DNA of 64,000 nucleotides from a virus: IMG/VR virus record IMGVR_UViG_3300015371_000001, positions 32,001 to 96,000 of that record; one strand, 5' to 3'. Shown piece by piece: positions 1 to 10,175 of this stretch (position 1 is its first letter; each line of letters starts with the position of its first letter). The notes under the pieces were generated by a model. It saw only the letters and a program-made list of their open reading frames with translations, ran no database searches and was not told where the DNA came from. The position numbers and the translations under genes were made by a program.

Positions 1-2344
1 GTTCCATCAGCAGTACTTGGACTACGACCGAACGAAGAAGCCAGGCGGAGCGAAGAACGCCAAGGCACAGCCGTTCGACCGTACGCAGCGCGGTGGCGAC
101 CTGACTGATCGTCTGGCTCGTGACCGTGGTCGGAAGGACCTTCAGGGCGCGCAGGGCCGTCGACAGACGAATCAGGCGCTTGGTGAAGGCGCACGTCGTC
201 GTGCGGCGAACCCGGCAGCGTATAAGGCTCGGCCAGGACAGCCGAACCCTCCGCGTAAGACAGGTCAGCCGTTTGCTGATTATCTGGGTGCGTACGCCCA
301 GGAGGAGAAGCGCGCGCGCGGTCAGATTCAGTCGAATCGTGAGAAGCGTTCGTCGTCTCGACAGTCTCAGACCCGTGGTTCCGTCGCGAAGAACCCGCAG
401 GGCTACGGCAAGATTCTAGATAAGCCGAATGTGCCTCCGGAGACTCCGGCTCAGCGGTTGGAACGTCGCTTGCGTGAGCGCCAGGCTCCACGGCCCAACG
501 ATGTTTCGGTAGAGACTCGTAGCGGTAAGAGGATGAAGGCAGAACGAGGCTCCATCGGCGAGGCGATGTTGAAGTACCGGGGGCCTGAAGGCCGACCAGG
601 TCCAGCGCCTAAGACAGGTGCCGGACGACCAACATCACGGATGGAATCGCAGACCCGAGGCTCGGTTGATAAGCCGAAGTACGGCCCTGTCGTTCTTGGG
701 CCGCGTCGTGGTCAAGCTGCGGCCAATGAGGCAGCGGCCCGTGGCGTACGCCAGGAGAACTTCACCACGGCTCGCGATGCCAAGACGGGCAAGAAGATCG
801 ACCTGCCAGTGGGTCGCACCTTCGCAGCGCAGGACAAGGGCGAGCCGCGTGCGTCACAGTTCCGGCAGGACCCCAACTACAGTCGAGGGCAGTTTAAGAA
901 GCCTGACCAGAATCCTTGGGCTCGGACCACACCGATGCAGGCAGCGTCGAAGCCTGGTACGCCGCAGAATGAGAGTCCTCGGTTCAAGCAGTTGGTCCAG
1001 CGCTCGAAGGACCTCGCGGCACACCCAGACTCGCCGGAGGCGAAGGCCGAGAAGAAGAAGGTCGACCGCGAGATTGCGCATAGCCCAGAGGTTCGAGGCG
1101 GCGGCAACCTGGCCGACAAGACGGCCAAGAAGCCGAGTTCATTGACCGACACCGGTACCTCGCTTGGTCAACAGGATGCGACGAAGGGTCGTCGTCTGAG
1201 TGGTCAAGGCACCGGGGCAGGTCGCGCTGCGGCTGCCAAGCGGAATGCTGCGGTGGACGCTGAGATCGCTCGGCGTCGTGGCGGAGAGCCAGCGGTGGCT
1301 CCGGAGAAGAAGCCGAGTTTGGCGAGAAGGCTCGCGGCGGATGCTACGAAGCCAGGCGGTAGCGCCCAGGCGTACAACGATCTCACTGCTGGAAAGATTG
1401 TGGGTGAAGCAACCCCAACTGAGATTCAGCGGTCGCGCACCCGTACGGGTATTCGGTCTCAGGGACTCGCTGGGTTGATGCAGCGGGGTATGGAAGCTAC
1501 CGACCGGGAGCGTGCGGCTCGGAAGTCGCAGTACAGCGCCAACCTGGAGAAGCCTGACGTGGACCGTGGGCCGCTGGAGAAGCCTCCAACCGTGCTGATC
1601 CAGCCTCAGACGTTGGAGAAGCCGACCGGTAAGGAGATCGGCGATACGAGGCCAGCACGTCAGTTGCAGGCCGCGTTGCAACAGAGCGCTACGGATTTGG
1701 GACGCGCTGAGCGTGCGACAGCGGATGTGCAACGTGCCGAGAATCCAGTCGACCAGAAGGCGCTCCAAGACAAGGCCGCAGAGCTTCAGCGTCAACATCC
1801 CGGCCTGACCCCAGCAGGGGCGAAGGACATGGCGACGATCAATGAGGAGGGATTCCAGGTCGGCGCAGTTAATGGGACGTTCAATGCCTTCATCAACCTC
1901 CCTGGCCAGCCAGAGGCGATGCCTGACGAGATGGGCTTCTTGGGGAACCCGAGCGATCCGTTCTACGGTGCAGGTGATCTGGAGTCGCCGGAGGCCGCGC
2001 AGGGCTTTGGTGAGGCGATTAACCGACTGCGGGACTTGGGCTATGAACCACGCGGTACCGATGTGAACGACTACGACAACCGGGTTGGTCCGTTCAAGGG
2101 CATTCCTAAGACAGCAGTGGGTCGAGAGCTTCAGTACATCCGTAGCCGGTTCGCCAGTCGGAACAAGGCACAACAGGCGCGGTTGCAGCAGGGTGACCCG
2201 ACTCAGTCGAAGGAAGGCCAGGATGCTCTGGCGCTGGAGCGGAAGCGGGACAAGATCACTCGCAACTTGAGCGAGAAGGAGAAGCGTGATCTCCTCTCGA
2301 AGCGGATCAGGCGTCAGCAGGCTCGTTTGCTCGCAGCAGGATGA
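1..2344 (+). CDS. Large low-complexity basic hypothetical protein (5' end probably outside the window)
   Basis: 775-aa ORF rich in R/K/A/G/Q/P; the frame is open from base 2, upstream of the TTG at 17; lies directly before the terminase. Confidence 0.75.
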   Translation, partial: FHQQYLDYDRTKKPGGAKNAKAQPFDRTQRGGDLTDRLARDRGRKDLQGAQGRRQTNQALGEGARRRAANPAAYKARPGQPNPPRKTGQPFADYLGAYAQEEKRARGQIQSNREKRSSSRQSQTRGSVAKNPQGYGKILDKPNVPPETPAQRLERRLRERQAPRPNDVSVETRSGKRMKAERGSIGEAMLKYRGPEGRPGPAPKTGAGRPTSRMESQTRGSVDKPKYGPVVLGPRRGQAAANEAAARGVRQENFTTARDAKTGKKIDLPVGRTFAAQDKGEPRASQFRQDPNYSRGQFKKPDQNPWARTTPMQAASKPGTPQNESPRFKQLVQRSKDLAAHPDSPEAKAEKKKVDREIAHSPEVRGGGNLADKTAKKPSSLTDTGTSLGQQDATKGRRLSGQGTGAGRAAAAKRNAAVDAEIARRRGGEPAVAPEKKPSLARRLAADATKPGGSAQAYNDLTAGKIVGEATPTEIQRSRTRTGIRSQGLAGLMQRGMEATDRERAARKSQYSANLEKPDVDRGPLEKPPTVLIQPQTLEKPTGKEIGDTRPARQLQAALQQSATDLGRAERATADVQRAENPVDQKALQDKAAELQRQHPGLTPAGAKDMATINEEGFQVGAVNGTFNAFINLPGQPEAMPDEMGFLGNPSDPFYGAGDLESPEAAQGFGEAINRLRDLGYEPRGTDVNDYDNRVGPFKGIPKTAVGRELQYIRSRFASRNKAQQARLQQGDPTQSKEGQDALALERKRDKITRNLSEKEKRDLLSKRIRRQQARLLAAG

Positions 2345-2362
2345 TTGCTGAAGTTCTTTGAT

Positions 2363-2369
2363 CCGATGA
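2363..2369 (+). promoter_or_regulatory. Candidate late promoter -10 element CCGATGA (sigma28-like), leaderless terminase transcript
   Basis: CCGATGA followed by 7 nt then the GTG start at 2377, with no SD; same spacing at 11328, 20842 and 32953. Confidence 0.6.
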
Positions 2370-2376
2370 AGTCACT

Positions 2377-4215
2377 GTGAGCGGACTTGCAGGCTACCTC
2401 TCGTCTCCCCTGGACGAGGCGAGCCTTCCGCTAGAATCTATCTTTGCTGAAGAACCTGTACCGCTCACCACGTTCGTGCAGGACCGGAAGTTCCTGGGCA
2501 ACCCCCCGCTGAGTCCGATCCAGTACCAGGCAGTCCGGCACATCGAGCAGATCTATTTCCCAGAGACGTACAAGCTGATGGCTCAGCAGTTCGGGGAGTA
2601 TTGGGAGCCGGTCAGGCCGATCAATTTCGCCACGCTCCAGTGGGGCAAGGGTTCTGGCAAGGACCACATCTGCCGTGTCTCCAGCTTGCGGATCGCCTAC
2701 CTCTTGATCTGCCTGAAGTCACCGCAGGAGTACTTCGGCATTGCGCCGCAAGACACGATCCACATGCTCAACGTTGCGTCCAGCCGACTCCAGGCAAACA
2801 ACGCATTCTTCACTCCGTTGGTCAAGGCCGTGCAGCGTGGCTGGTTCGCCGATCACGCTCACGACAAGCAGGACGTGATCATCTGGAGCAAGAACATCGA
2901 GTCCATCTCCGGTCACGCTGACGCCGAGTCTCAGGAGGGCATGAACCTCATCTTGGGGATCGCCGACGAGATCGACGCCTTCCGCTCCAAAGAGGAGTTG
3001 TTGAGCTACCGAGCCAAGCAGGCGCGTGAGCCTACTCGTTCTGCTGAAGCCATCCTCAAGATGCTGCGTACGTCGGCCAGCACCCGGTTCCCTCAGACGT
3101 TCAAGATCGTCCAGATCTCCTATCCGAGGTACCTGGGCTCCACGATCCAGCAGTTGACCAGGCGGGCCAAGCAGGACTTCAAGGAGAAGGGGCCGCGTTC
3201 GCGCTACTACGTGGACGGCCCTCGGGCTACTTGGGACGTACGGCCCGGTCTCACGAAGGAGAACTTTGCCGAGGACTACGTCGAGGACGAGATCATGGCG
3301 CGCTCGATGTATGAGTGCAAGCCAGCCCGAGCCGTTGATGCGTACTTCCGGAACCTTGATGCACTCCACGCCTGCGTACGGGACGAGGAGTCCCCGATCA
3401 AGGTGGACTACAAGCTGGAGAAGGAGCGCGGCTCCAAGGTGTGGGTGCCGCGCTATCACTTCGACCCAGGCTTCTACCCGATCAAGGGTGCGAGCTATGT
3501 GATCCATGCGGACATGGCGGTCAAGAACGACCGAGCCGGAGTGGCGATGTCCCATGTCGTGCGGTGGGACACCCAAGAGTTCACCAGTCACGACGAGGAG
3601 GGCGGCGAGGAGCGCTGGCACGATCAGCGTCCGTTCGTGAAGTGCGACTTCATCTTCAGCTTCCAGGCTGATCTGAACGACAAGCCGCCACGAGAGATCC
3701 AGATTCGGTGGGTCCGGCAGTTGGTGTTCGAGCTACTGCGGCAGGGCTTCCCCATCGCACGGGTGACGTTCGATCAGTTCGAGTCGCGTGACTCCATGCA
3801 GATCATCGAGTCCAAGGGAGTCGAGACTGAGCGTGTCTCACTGGACCGTGACGAGACGGCATGGCGGACTCTGCGTGACTTGATGTATGAGGTGCGCTTG
3901 TCGATGCCGATGAGCAAGATCCTGATTGAGGACGAGCTTCCGTCATTGCAGAAGTTGTCCAACGGCAAGATCGACCACCCGCCGATGGGGTCCAAGGACG
4001 AGGCCGACGCGCTCGCCGGGTCAGTTATGGGCGCTATCGAGATCGGTGGTGCTGAGGACCCCGATGGGCAGCGGGCGTACTTCGGCAGTGACCGGTTCGG
4101 TGGGGCACTCGGACCGGGCGGCAAGTTGTTCAACCAGCCTCGGTCGCATCGGTATGACGAGCCAGTCGTCAGCGACACCGTCGGCTACTCGGTGAGTTGG
4201 TGGGGTGACGGATGA
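2377..4215 (+). CDS. terL: Terminase large subunit
   Basis: Walker A-like WGKGSGKD, Walker B ILGIADEID, RNase H-like nuclease motifs IHADMAVKND and IDHP..GSKDEADA; directly upstream of the portal. Confidence 0.9.
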   Translation: MSGLAGYLSSPLDEASLPLESIFAEEPVPLTTFVQDRKFLGNPPLSPIQYQAVRHIEQIYFPETYKLMAQQFGEYWEPVRPINFATLQWGKGSGKDHICRVSSLRIAYLLICLKSPQEYFGIAPQDTIHMLNVASSRLQANNAFFTPLVKAVQRGWFADHAHDKQDVIIWSKNIESISGHADAESQEGMNLILGIADEIDAFRSKEELLSYRAKQAREPTRSAEAILKMLRTSASTRFPQTFKIVQISYPRYLGSTIQQLTRRAKQDFKEKGPRSRYYVDGPRATWDVRPGLTKENFAEDYVEDEIMARSMYECKPARAVDAYFRNLDALHACVRDEESPIKVDYKLEKERGSKVWVPRYHFDPGFYPIKGASYVIHADMAVKNDRAGVAMSHVVRWDTQEFTSHDEEGGEERWHDQRPFVKCDFIFSFQADLNDKPPREIQIRWVRQLVFELLRQGFPIARVTFDQFESRDSMQIIESKGVETERVSLDRDETAWRTLRDLMYEVRLSMPMSKILIEDELPSLQKLSNGKIDHPPMGSKDEADALAGSVMGAIEIGGAEDPDGQRAYFGSDRFGGALGPGGKLFNQPRSHRYDEPVVSDTVGYSVSWWGDG

Positions 4216-7200
4216 CGACTGACATCGTGACGCTGGCCAACGACGATGATCCACAGGCCGTCGTACCGCGTCCGAAGGAGGACAGCCAGGAGTTCGGTAT
4301 CGCGCTGCGGTTGCCGTTCTCCACGCCGTACGTCCCGCCCCGAGGCGTTAAGAAGCGGTCCAAGGACGACCTCTATGAGGTGTTCAATGAGAAGGCGGAG
4401 GATGAGCCAAACATCCTCCAGCTTCAGGCCATGCGGCGTACGGATGGTCAGGCCCGTGCGTTGTACCGACTGATCACCCTTCCGATTCGGTCGGCACTGC
4501 GTACGGCCAAGTTCGTTCCTGCGAAGGATGGCGAGCTTGAGGCTGAGTTCGCTGAATTGATGCTGACCTTGCCGTACTCGGGCGGCGGGATGCAGACGCC
4601 CATGCGGACCGTCATCGCTCAGATGCTCATGGCGGTGTTCGATGGGTACTCCGCGTTTGAACAGGTGTTGTGGCGTCCGAAGAAGGGGCCGTTGGAAGGC
4701 ATGTGGACGCTGCGCAAGATCGCGCACCGGCCAGCCGAGACGGTCACCTTCATCACCGACGACCACGGTGAGTTTGAGGGCATCCGGCAGCGGACGGTGA
4801 TCCACGGCAAGGAGATCGATGAGTTCATCGATGCTCGGTCGTGCATCTACTTCGCCGTGCAGGAGGAGGAGCGCCCGTTCTACGGCGTGAGTTACTTCCA
4901 GGCGGCGTTCAGTCACTTCGACAAGAAGGTGAAGCTCTACTACATCTCGCACCTGGCAGCCCAGCACCGAGCCGTCGGTGCTCGGATCGGTACGGCACCG
5001 GCCAGTGCGTCCAAGGCAGAGCGGGACACCTTCCTGAAGCACATGGAGGACTTTGGCTTCGCTCAGGCGATTCTGCTCCCCAAAGACTTCGAGATTGAGC
5101 ACCAGTACCCGACGGCCAACGCGAGCTTCCTGGACCTGATCAACCACCACAACAGCCAGATGTCCAAGAGCGTGCTCGCCGCGTTCTTCGATGACAGCCA
5201 GGGTGGTGGGGCCGACAGCGCGCTGGTCGACTTCGGCAAGCAGGACGACTCGATGTTCGTGATGATGCTCCAGGCGTTGATGGACGACCTGGCTGGTCTC
5301 ATCAACGACAAGCTGATCCCCAAGTTCATCGACTGGAACTTCGGCTCAGAGAAGTACCCCGAGTTCAAGTTTGGCACCTTCACCAATGAGCAGAAGGAGA
5401 TCATTCACTCCACGTTCGAGAAGCTGGCCGTGGCTGGTCAGACCCTCACCGTGACTCACGAGTTCATGCGCGAGCTTGAGAAGTACATGGCCGAGGAGCT
5501 TGGGCTGGACAACATCGACTACGAGGACATTGACGCCAGAGAGCGGGCCGACAAGGAGAAGGCTGATCTCCAGGCTCAGGAGATGGGTCAGTTCTACGGT
5601 GGCAGCGGAGGCTTCCCACCCAAGCCCAAGGCTCCAGATGGTCCTGACGGCCCACAGCCGTCCAAGCCGATTGGTCAGGGTCCAAGTGGTAGCAACAGTG
5701 GCGGCGTACGGCCACCTGGCAGCGAGCCGGATACGTCAGTGCCATTCGCGGCCACCTACACCACGGGCGGCAACACGGTCGAGTTGACCTGGGACCCGAC
5801 GCTCCACCCGCGCGATCCCATCGGGCAGTTCGCTCCAGCCGATGGATCGAACAAGGAGCCGGTCAAGGAGTCGAGCACCCACATCAAGAAGCCGTTGGAG
5901 CCTGAGCACCAGGCGAGCGCAGAGCCTAAGGGTGGATTTGCAGAGCCACGTCCTCGCGATACGGCGTCAAGCGATTCCAGTAGTAGTACGTCGTACGATC
6001 ACACGACTGAGGACAAGCCACCGAAGATGCCACCGGAGCTTGAGGGCCGGTCGCTGGAGTCGCTGAAGAATGAGCGCCGTCGGTTGGGTCGGGAGATCTT
6101 GCAGAGCAGCGGCAACCTCAAGCGCGTGTTGATGCTGGCGCAGCAGGTGGTCAAGATCAACGACGGCATCGAGGCGCTGGAGTACCAGCGCGAACAGCAC
6201 CGGGACCGTATCCATCAGCTACTTCAGGCCAGTTCTGCGAGCAAGGCCGCGCTCACTCAGGAGGCGGATGAGGTGTACTCGACCGAGGGCAAGACGGATG
6301 TGGTCGAGCTTGCCACCATGTGGCAGGAGCGACTGCACCCACGAGACAATGACGGCAAGTTCGCCGAGAAGCCTGGTACCGGTGTTGCCCGAGCCTTCAA
6401 GGCGTTGGACACCAGTGCCGAGGTCTACGCCAAGCCGGGAGGCCGTGGGACAGCGCACTACAAGCTGTTCAAGGATGGCAGCGCGCAGTACGTCAACGCG
6501 AGGATGGAGTCCACCGATCTAAAGCGTGATGTGGCGCTGAGGCGGATCGCGAAGCAGGGGTTCGAGAAGCAGGCAGGCGACTTCAAGCCAGCGAGGCCAC
6601 GCCGCCCAAAAGCTGACGCCCCCGCTAGGGGGCTCTCCGACAAGATCAAGAAGCCCCCGGACACGCCTCAGCAGAAGGCGATCCTCCGCAAGAGCAAGAC
6701 GGCTCAGAAGGTTCGGCGTGAGTGGCCGGTCGGCACACGAGTGACGGCGAATACGAAGGAGCCCACCGGACGCGAAGGCACCGTTACTCGCCACGTACCA
6801 GGGACCAACGCTCAGGGCGGTCACCTGAACGTCAAGTGGGACAACGGTACGGAGGGTCGGCACTCGCCGGTCAGCTTGAAGAAGGTCACCAGTGAGGACC
6901 GAGTCCTCATCGGGCGCGAGTGGGACCGGAAGTCCGCTCGGGAGTGGACTGAGTCGAAGCCTCTGAGTCCAGAGCAGTTGAAGGTGGTGGAGGACTACAC
7001 CGGGGGAGAGGGCTACAAGGGAACCAACCGTGGTCTGCGTGGTCGCGCCAAGATGACGCCGAAGATCGAGTCTGAGGTTGCTGGCTTGGATTCGATCATG
7101 GAGCCGCTGCCGCAGGACATCGTCGTACGGCACTTCACGCATCGCCGGGAGTTCCCCAAGAACGTGCAGCCTGGAGATCAGTGGAGTGACCCCGGCTTCC

Positions 7201-10175
7201 TGTCGACCACGATCTCGGGCAGCACGGCAGATCGGAAGCACATCAGCAACTCGCTCGCTGGGATCAAGACTGAGGACATCCTGAAGGGTAAAGAGGACCA
7301 GGCTGTTGAGGTCGTCTTGCATGTGCCCGCTGGAGTCAAGGGCCGGTACCTGGAGCCGTGGGCACCGAAGAAGTTCGGCTACGAGAAGGAGCTTCTGCTA
7401 GATCGAGGTCTCAAGTGGCAGGTGGAGCGTGCCGAGCGGATGAACGGCAACGGCGAGTTGTCGAAGGTGACGTTGCTGGGGTACCCCGCTGATCAACAGC
7501 CTCAGCGTTCACTTGATTCGCTTAACCCAAGCCGTCATGGCGTATTTGAGGACTACACGACTGGCCGAGCTTTTCGTGCATCTGCTCCCTTGGCGAGCAA
7601 CATGACCACTCTTGCAGAGACTAGGGGAAAGGACCCGGACGAGACGCTTACGGTCTATCGTGGCGTTCCCAAGTCGGCTCCTGACGGTCTCCAGCCAGGC
7701 GACTACGTTACGACGATGCGTCAGCTTGCGTCCGACTACGCGGGTGACGGTCGTGTGATAGCAGCGAAGGTTCGTTATGGCGACATCTTGGACGACCGCG
7801 AGGACCCCGGCAATGAGTCCGAGTTCATCTACCGTCCTCAGCCGAATCGGTATTGGGTCAAGCCGGTGTCGGCGGACAAGGTCATTAAGCGTTCTGACTT
7901 CAGCAACCCGGACACACCTCGTACCCGAGCCGTATCACCTGAGGAGTTCGCTCTGCTCTCCGATGAGGGGCGAGCCAAGCTGGAGTCGTTCCGGCAGGAC
8001 TCAGCACCACCGGAGGGTCTGGACAAGAACTTTGATGCACTGACCGATCAGGCGTTCAAGGACACCCGTGAGCCGTGGGGCGGTATGACCATCGATGCCC
8101 GGTCGGGTAAGCCGGTGGACCCTGGCAAGGAGGCGTACGCGCTCTCGGTGAAGAACGGGGTAGCCTCGGTCACGATCCCTGCGGACTCGGACGAGGCCAC
8201 CTTCAAGAAGGCGATGAAGGAGGCGCGGGAGCGCTTCGACAACGACCTGCGATACAAGCAGATCTCGCTGGGCATCTTCCATGACGACGACACAGGTCAG
8301 ATCGAGTTCGATCCAGTGCTTGTGGTAGACAACCTGCACGACGTAGACACCATTGGGTCGTACACCCACGCTGTTGGAGGAGCGTATGGCTTCCATGACG
8401 GCAACGGCTACTGGCCACCGTACGTAGAGGAGAAGCCAGGTGAGCAATTCCAAGAAGCCAGGGCAGCGGAAAAAGTCCAAGGACTTCAAGGGTCCGGGGC
8501 AGTGGCTCCGCCGAGCCAAGAAGGCTCAGGGCAACGAGCCGGGTCAGGAGGCAGAGACCTCGGAGCCGTCCTCCGAGGAGCCCGAGACAAGCGAGCCCAA
8601 AAACGAGTAGAGGCGTACCACCCGAAGGTCAAGGGGTTCGGAGACAACGCAGCCGTCGAAGATGCGATGCACAAGACGGCGGTGGTGCTTGGCGACACTG
8701 ACCTGATCGACCACCTGACGATCAAGGGTGCTCCTGCGAAGGAGTTGGTGAAGGAGGGTGGCGAAGGCGCGGTTGCCAACCATCATCAGTCGTCTCGTGC
8801 TGGCGAGAACGACGTGATCACGTTCTCGAACGAGTTGTTCCCAGCGAAGGATGCGCCGAACCTTGGGATGGGCTCCAAGGACAGCAGCATGGTCGATGAC
8901 GTTGTCTACTCCGCCAGTGTGGGCTTCAACGAGAAGGCCGAGAAGAACCTGACGCAGCCTCAGTTGACCGTGGCTCACGAGATGGGCCACGAGATCACGC
9001 TGGACGTTGAGACCGAGGCGCTACGAGATAATCCACGGCTGTTCCAGGACGAGGTCATGGTGCCGTTGTCCAAGGCGCTGGGGGTTGACCCACCCGATGT
9101 GCCGGAGGACGGCGCTGGGCTACGTGGAGCCATCGAGGAGTGGCGCGAGAAGAACGCTGCGGTGATTGCCAAGAAGGTGTCGACGTACGGCTCCTCGATG
9201 GTGCCGGAGATGTACGCCGAGTTGTGGGCCAAGTACGTCGATGACCCCGACGCGCCAGGTCCGGCCAAGGCATTCGGCGACGGGATTAAGCGGGTCCACG
9301 CTCAGGCCAAGCACGCCGACATGCAGACGGCTCAGAATCGGTTCGATATGCACGTTGGTGACTGGCCAGCACCGATGTCGAACGACCGGAGTAAGAAGGC
9401 GTTGGAGGAGCGGACGGCGATGGCCATGTTCTGGGCCAACTCCAGCGAGTACAACAACAACGTGACTGATCCGTCGTTCCCCAAGCCGCTGGACCGAGAG
9501 TGGACGCAGAAGGAGATCGATGACGCCCACGCCAACAATCCAGGCTTGGACGATGTGCTCAACATTGACAACGTGACCTTCCGGAATCGAATCCAACAAC
9601 CCCTCACCGTGTGGTGGGGCCAGCCAGCCGGAACTGTTGATCTCCGACCGGGGACCAACATCGTGGACGCAGGCTACGAGGCCGTCACCACAGATCCGTC
9701 GAAGCTGCCTGAGGGGTACGACAAGTTCAAGCTCTTGCTCGCACCGGGTACGCCGTACCTGCCAGACGATCCGAATGTGGGCAGTACTCCGATTCATGGA
9801 CTCGGTCGGGACACCAACTGGATCGTAGTTGGCAAGGAGAAGGACGGCACCACCTTGGTGGAGGTCAGCGCACCTCGTGAATGGGAGCACGTCGATGCGG
9901 GGACGGTGGACTTCGGACCTGATTCGGACCCGACCGACGGAGGTCGTTTGACTCCGGATGCCAAGACGGGTGCTGAGGCAGGCTACGAGAACACGTCAGG
10001 CGATGGCGGCGATACAACCGGAGGCGACCCGTTCGCCGACCAGCCTGACCAGCCGTTGGGCGGAGCAGGCTTCGGTCAGATGGACGATGCGGAGTACGAG
10101 CGGATCAAGGCCAAGTTCGCTCGCCGTAACAAGGCGGCACAGGAACGACTGCGGAAGGGCAAGAAGAATGGCTGA
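4212..10175 (+). CDS. Portal protein (N-terminal ~450 aa) fused to ADP-ribosyltransferase-like and HExxH metallopeptidase-like domains
   Basis: Mu gp29/DUF935-like portal N-terminus (FDGYSAFEQV, HNSQMSKSVLA, LIPKFIDWNFG); ART motifs YTGGEGYKGTNRGLRG, FLSTT, EKELLLDRG; TVYRGV..PGDYVT..ESEFIY; HEMGHE..EMYAE; position after terL. Confidence 0.85.
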   Translation: MTTDIVTLANDDDPQAVVPRPKEDSQEFGIALRLPFSTPYVPPRGVKKRSKDDLYEVFNEKAEDEPNILQLQAMRRTDGQARALYRLITLPIRSALRTAKFVPAKDGELEAEFAELMLTLPYSGGGMQTPMRTVIAQMLMAVFDGYSAFEQVLWRPKKGPLEGMWTLRKIAHRPAETVTFITDDHGEFEGIRQRTVIHGKEIDEFIDARSCIYFAVQEEERPFYGVSYFQAAFSHFDKKVKLYYISHLAAQHRAVGARIGTAPASASKAERDTFLKHMEDFGFAQAILLPKDFEIEHQYPTANASFLDLINHHNSQMSKSVLAAFFDDSQGGGADSALVDFGKQDDSMFVMMLQALMDDLAGLINDKLIPKFIDWNFGSEKYPEFKFGTFTNEQKEIIHSTFEKLAVAGQTLTVTHEFMRELEKYMAEELGLDNIDYEDIDARERADKEKADLQAQEMGQFYGGSGGFPPKPKAPDGPDGPQPSKPIGQGPSGSNSGGVRPPGSEPDTSVPFAATYTTGGNTVELTWDPTLHPRDPIGQFAPADGSNKEPVKESSTHIKKPLEPEHQASAEPKGGFAEPRPRDTASSDSSSSTSYDHTTEDKPPKMPPELEGRSLESLKNERRRLGREILQSSGNLKRVLMLAQQVVKINDGIEALEYQREQHRDRIHQLLQASSASKAALTQEADEVYSTEGKTDVVELATMWQERLHPRDNDGKFAEKPGTGVARAFKALDTSAEVYAKPGGRGTAHYKLFKDGSAQYVNARMESTDLKRDVALRRIAKQGFEKQAGDFKPARPRRPKADAPARGLSDKIKKPPDTPQQKAILRKSKTAQKVRREWPVGTRVTANTKEPTGREGTVTRHVPGTNAQGGHLNVKWDNGTEGRHSPVSLKKVTSEDRVLIGREWDRKSAREWTESKPLSPEQLKVVEDYTGGEGYKGTNRGLRGRAKMTPKIESEVAGLDSIMEPLPQDIVVRHFTHRREFPKNVQPGDQWSDPGFLSTTISGSTADRKHISNSLAGIKTEDILKGKEDQAVEVVLHVPAGVKGRYLEPWAPKKFGYEKELLLDRGLKWQVERAERMNGNGELSKVTLLGYPADQQPQRSLDSLNPSRHGVFEDYTTGRAFRASAPLASNMTTLAETRGKDPDETLTVYRGVPKSAPDGLQPGDYVTTMRQLASDYAGDGRVIAAKVRYGDILDDREDPGNESEFIYRPQPNRYWVKPVSADKVIKRSDFSNPDTPRTRAVSPEEFALLSDEGRAKLESFRQDSAPPEGLDKNFDALTDQAFKDTREPWGGMTIDARSGKPVDPGKEAYALSVKNGVASVTIPADSDEATFKKAMKEARERFDNDLRYKQISLGIFHDDDTGQIEFDPVLVVDNLHDVDTIGSYTHAVGGAYGFHDGNGYWPPYVEEKPGEQFQEARAAEKVQGLQGSGAVAPPSQEGSGQRAGSGGRDLGAVLRGARDKRAQKRVEAYHPKVKGFGDNAAVEDAMHKTAVVLGDTDLIDHLTIKGAPAKELVKEGGEGAVANHHQSSRAGENDVITFSNELFPAKDAPNLGMGSKDSSMVDDVVYSASVGFNEKAEKNLTQPQLTVAHEMGHEITLDVETEALRDNPRLFQDEVMVPLSKALGVDPPDVPEDGAGLRGAIEEWREKNAAVIAKKVSTYGSSMVPEMYAELWAKYVDDPDAPGPAKAFGDGIKRVHAQAKHADMQTAQNRFDMHVGDWPAPMSNDRSKKALEERTAMAMFWANSSEYNNNVTDPSFPKPLDREWTQKEIDDAHANNPGLDDVLNIDNVTFRNRIQQPLTVWWGQPAGTVDLRPGTNIVDAGYEAVTTDPSKLPEGYDKFKLLLAPGTPYLPDDPNVGSTPIHGLGRDTNWIVVGKEKDGTTLVEVSAPREWEHVDAGTVDFGPDSDPTDGGRLTPDAKTGAEAGYENTSGDGGDTTGGDPFADQPDQPLGGAGFGQMDDAEYERIKAKFARRNKAAQERLRKGKKNG
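8440..8610 (+). CDS. Nested 56-aa ORF in the +1 frame inside the portal fusion
   Basis: AGAGGAG SD, then GTG, MSNSKKPGQRKKSKDFKGPGQWLRRAKKAQGNEPGQEAETSEPSSEEPETSEPKNE*; GC3-rich codons, while the portal frame here has many A-ending codons. Confidence 0.55.
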   Translation: MSNSKKPGQRKKSKDFKGPGQWLRRAKKAQGNEPGQEAETSEPSSEEPETSEPKNE

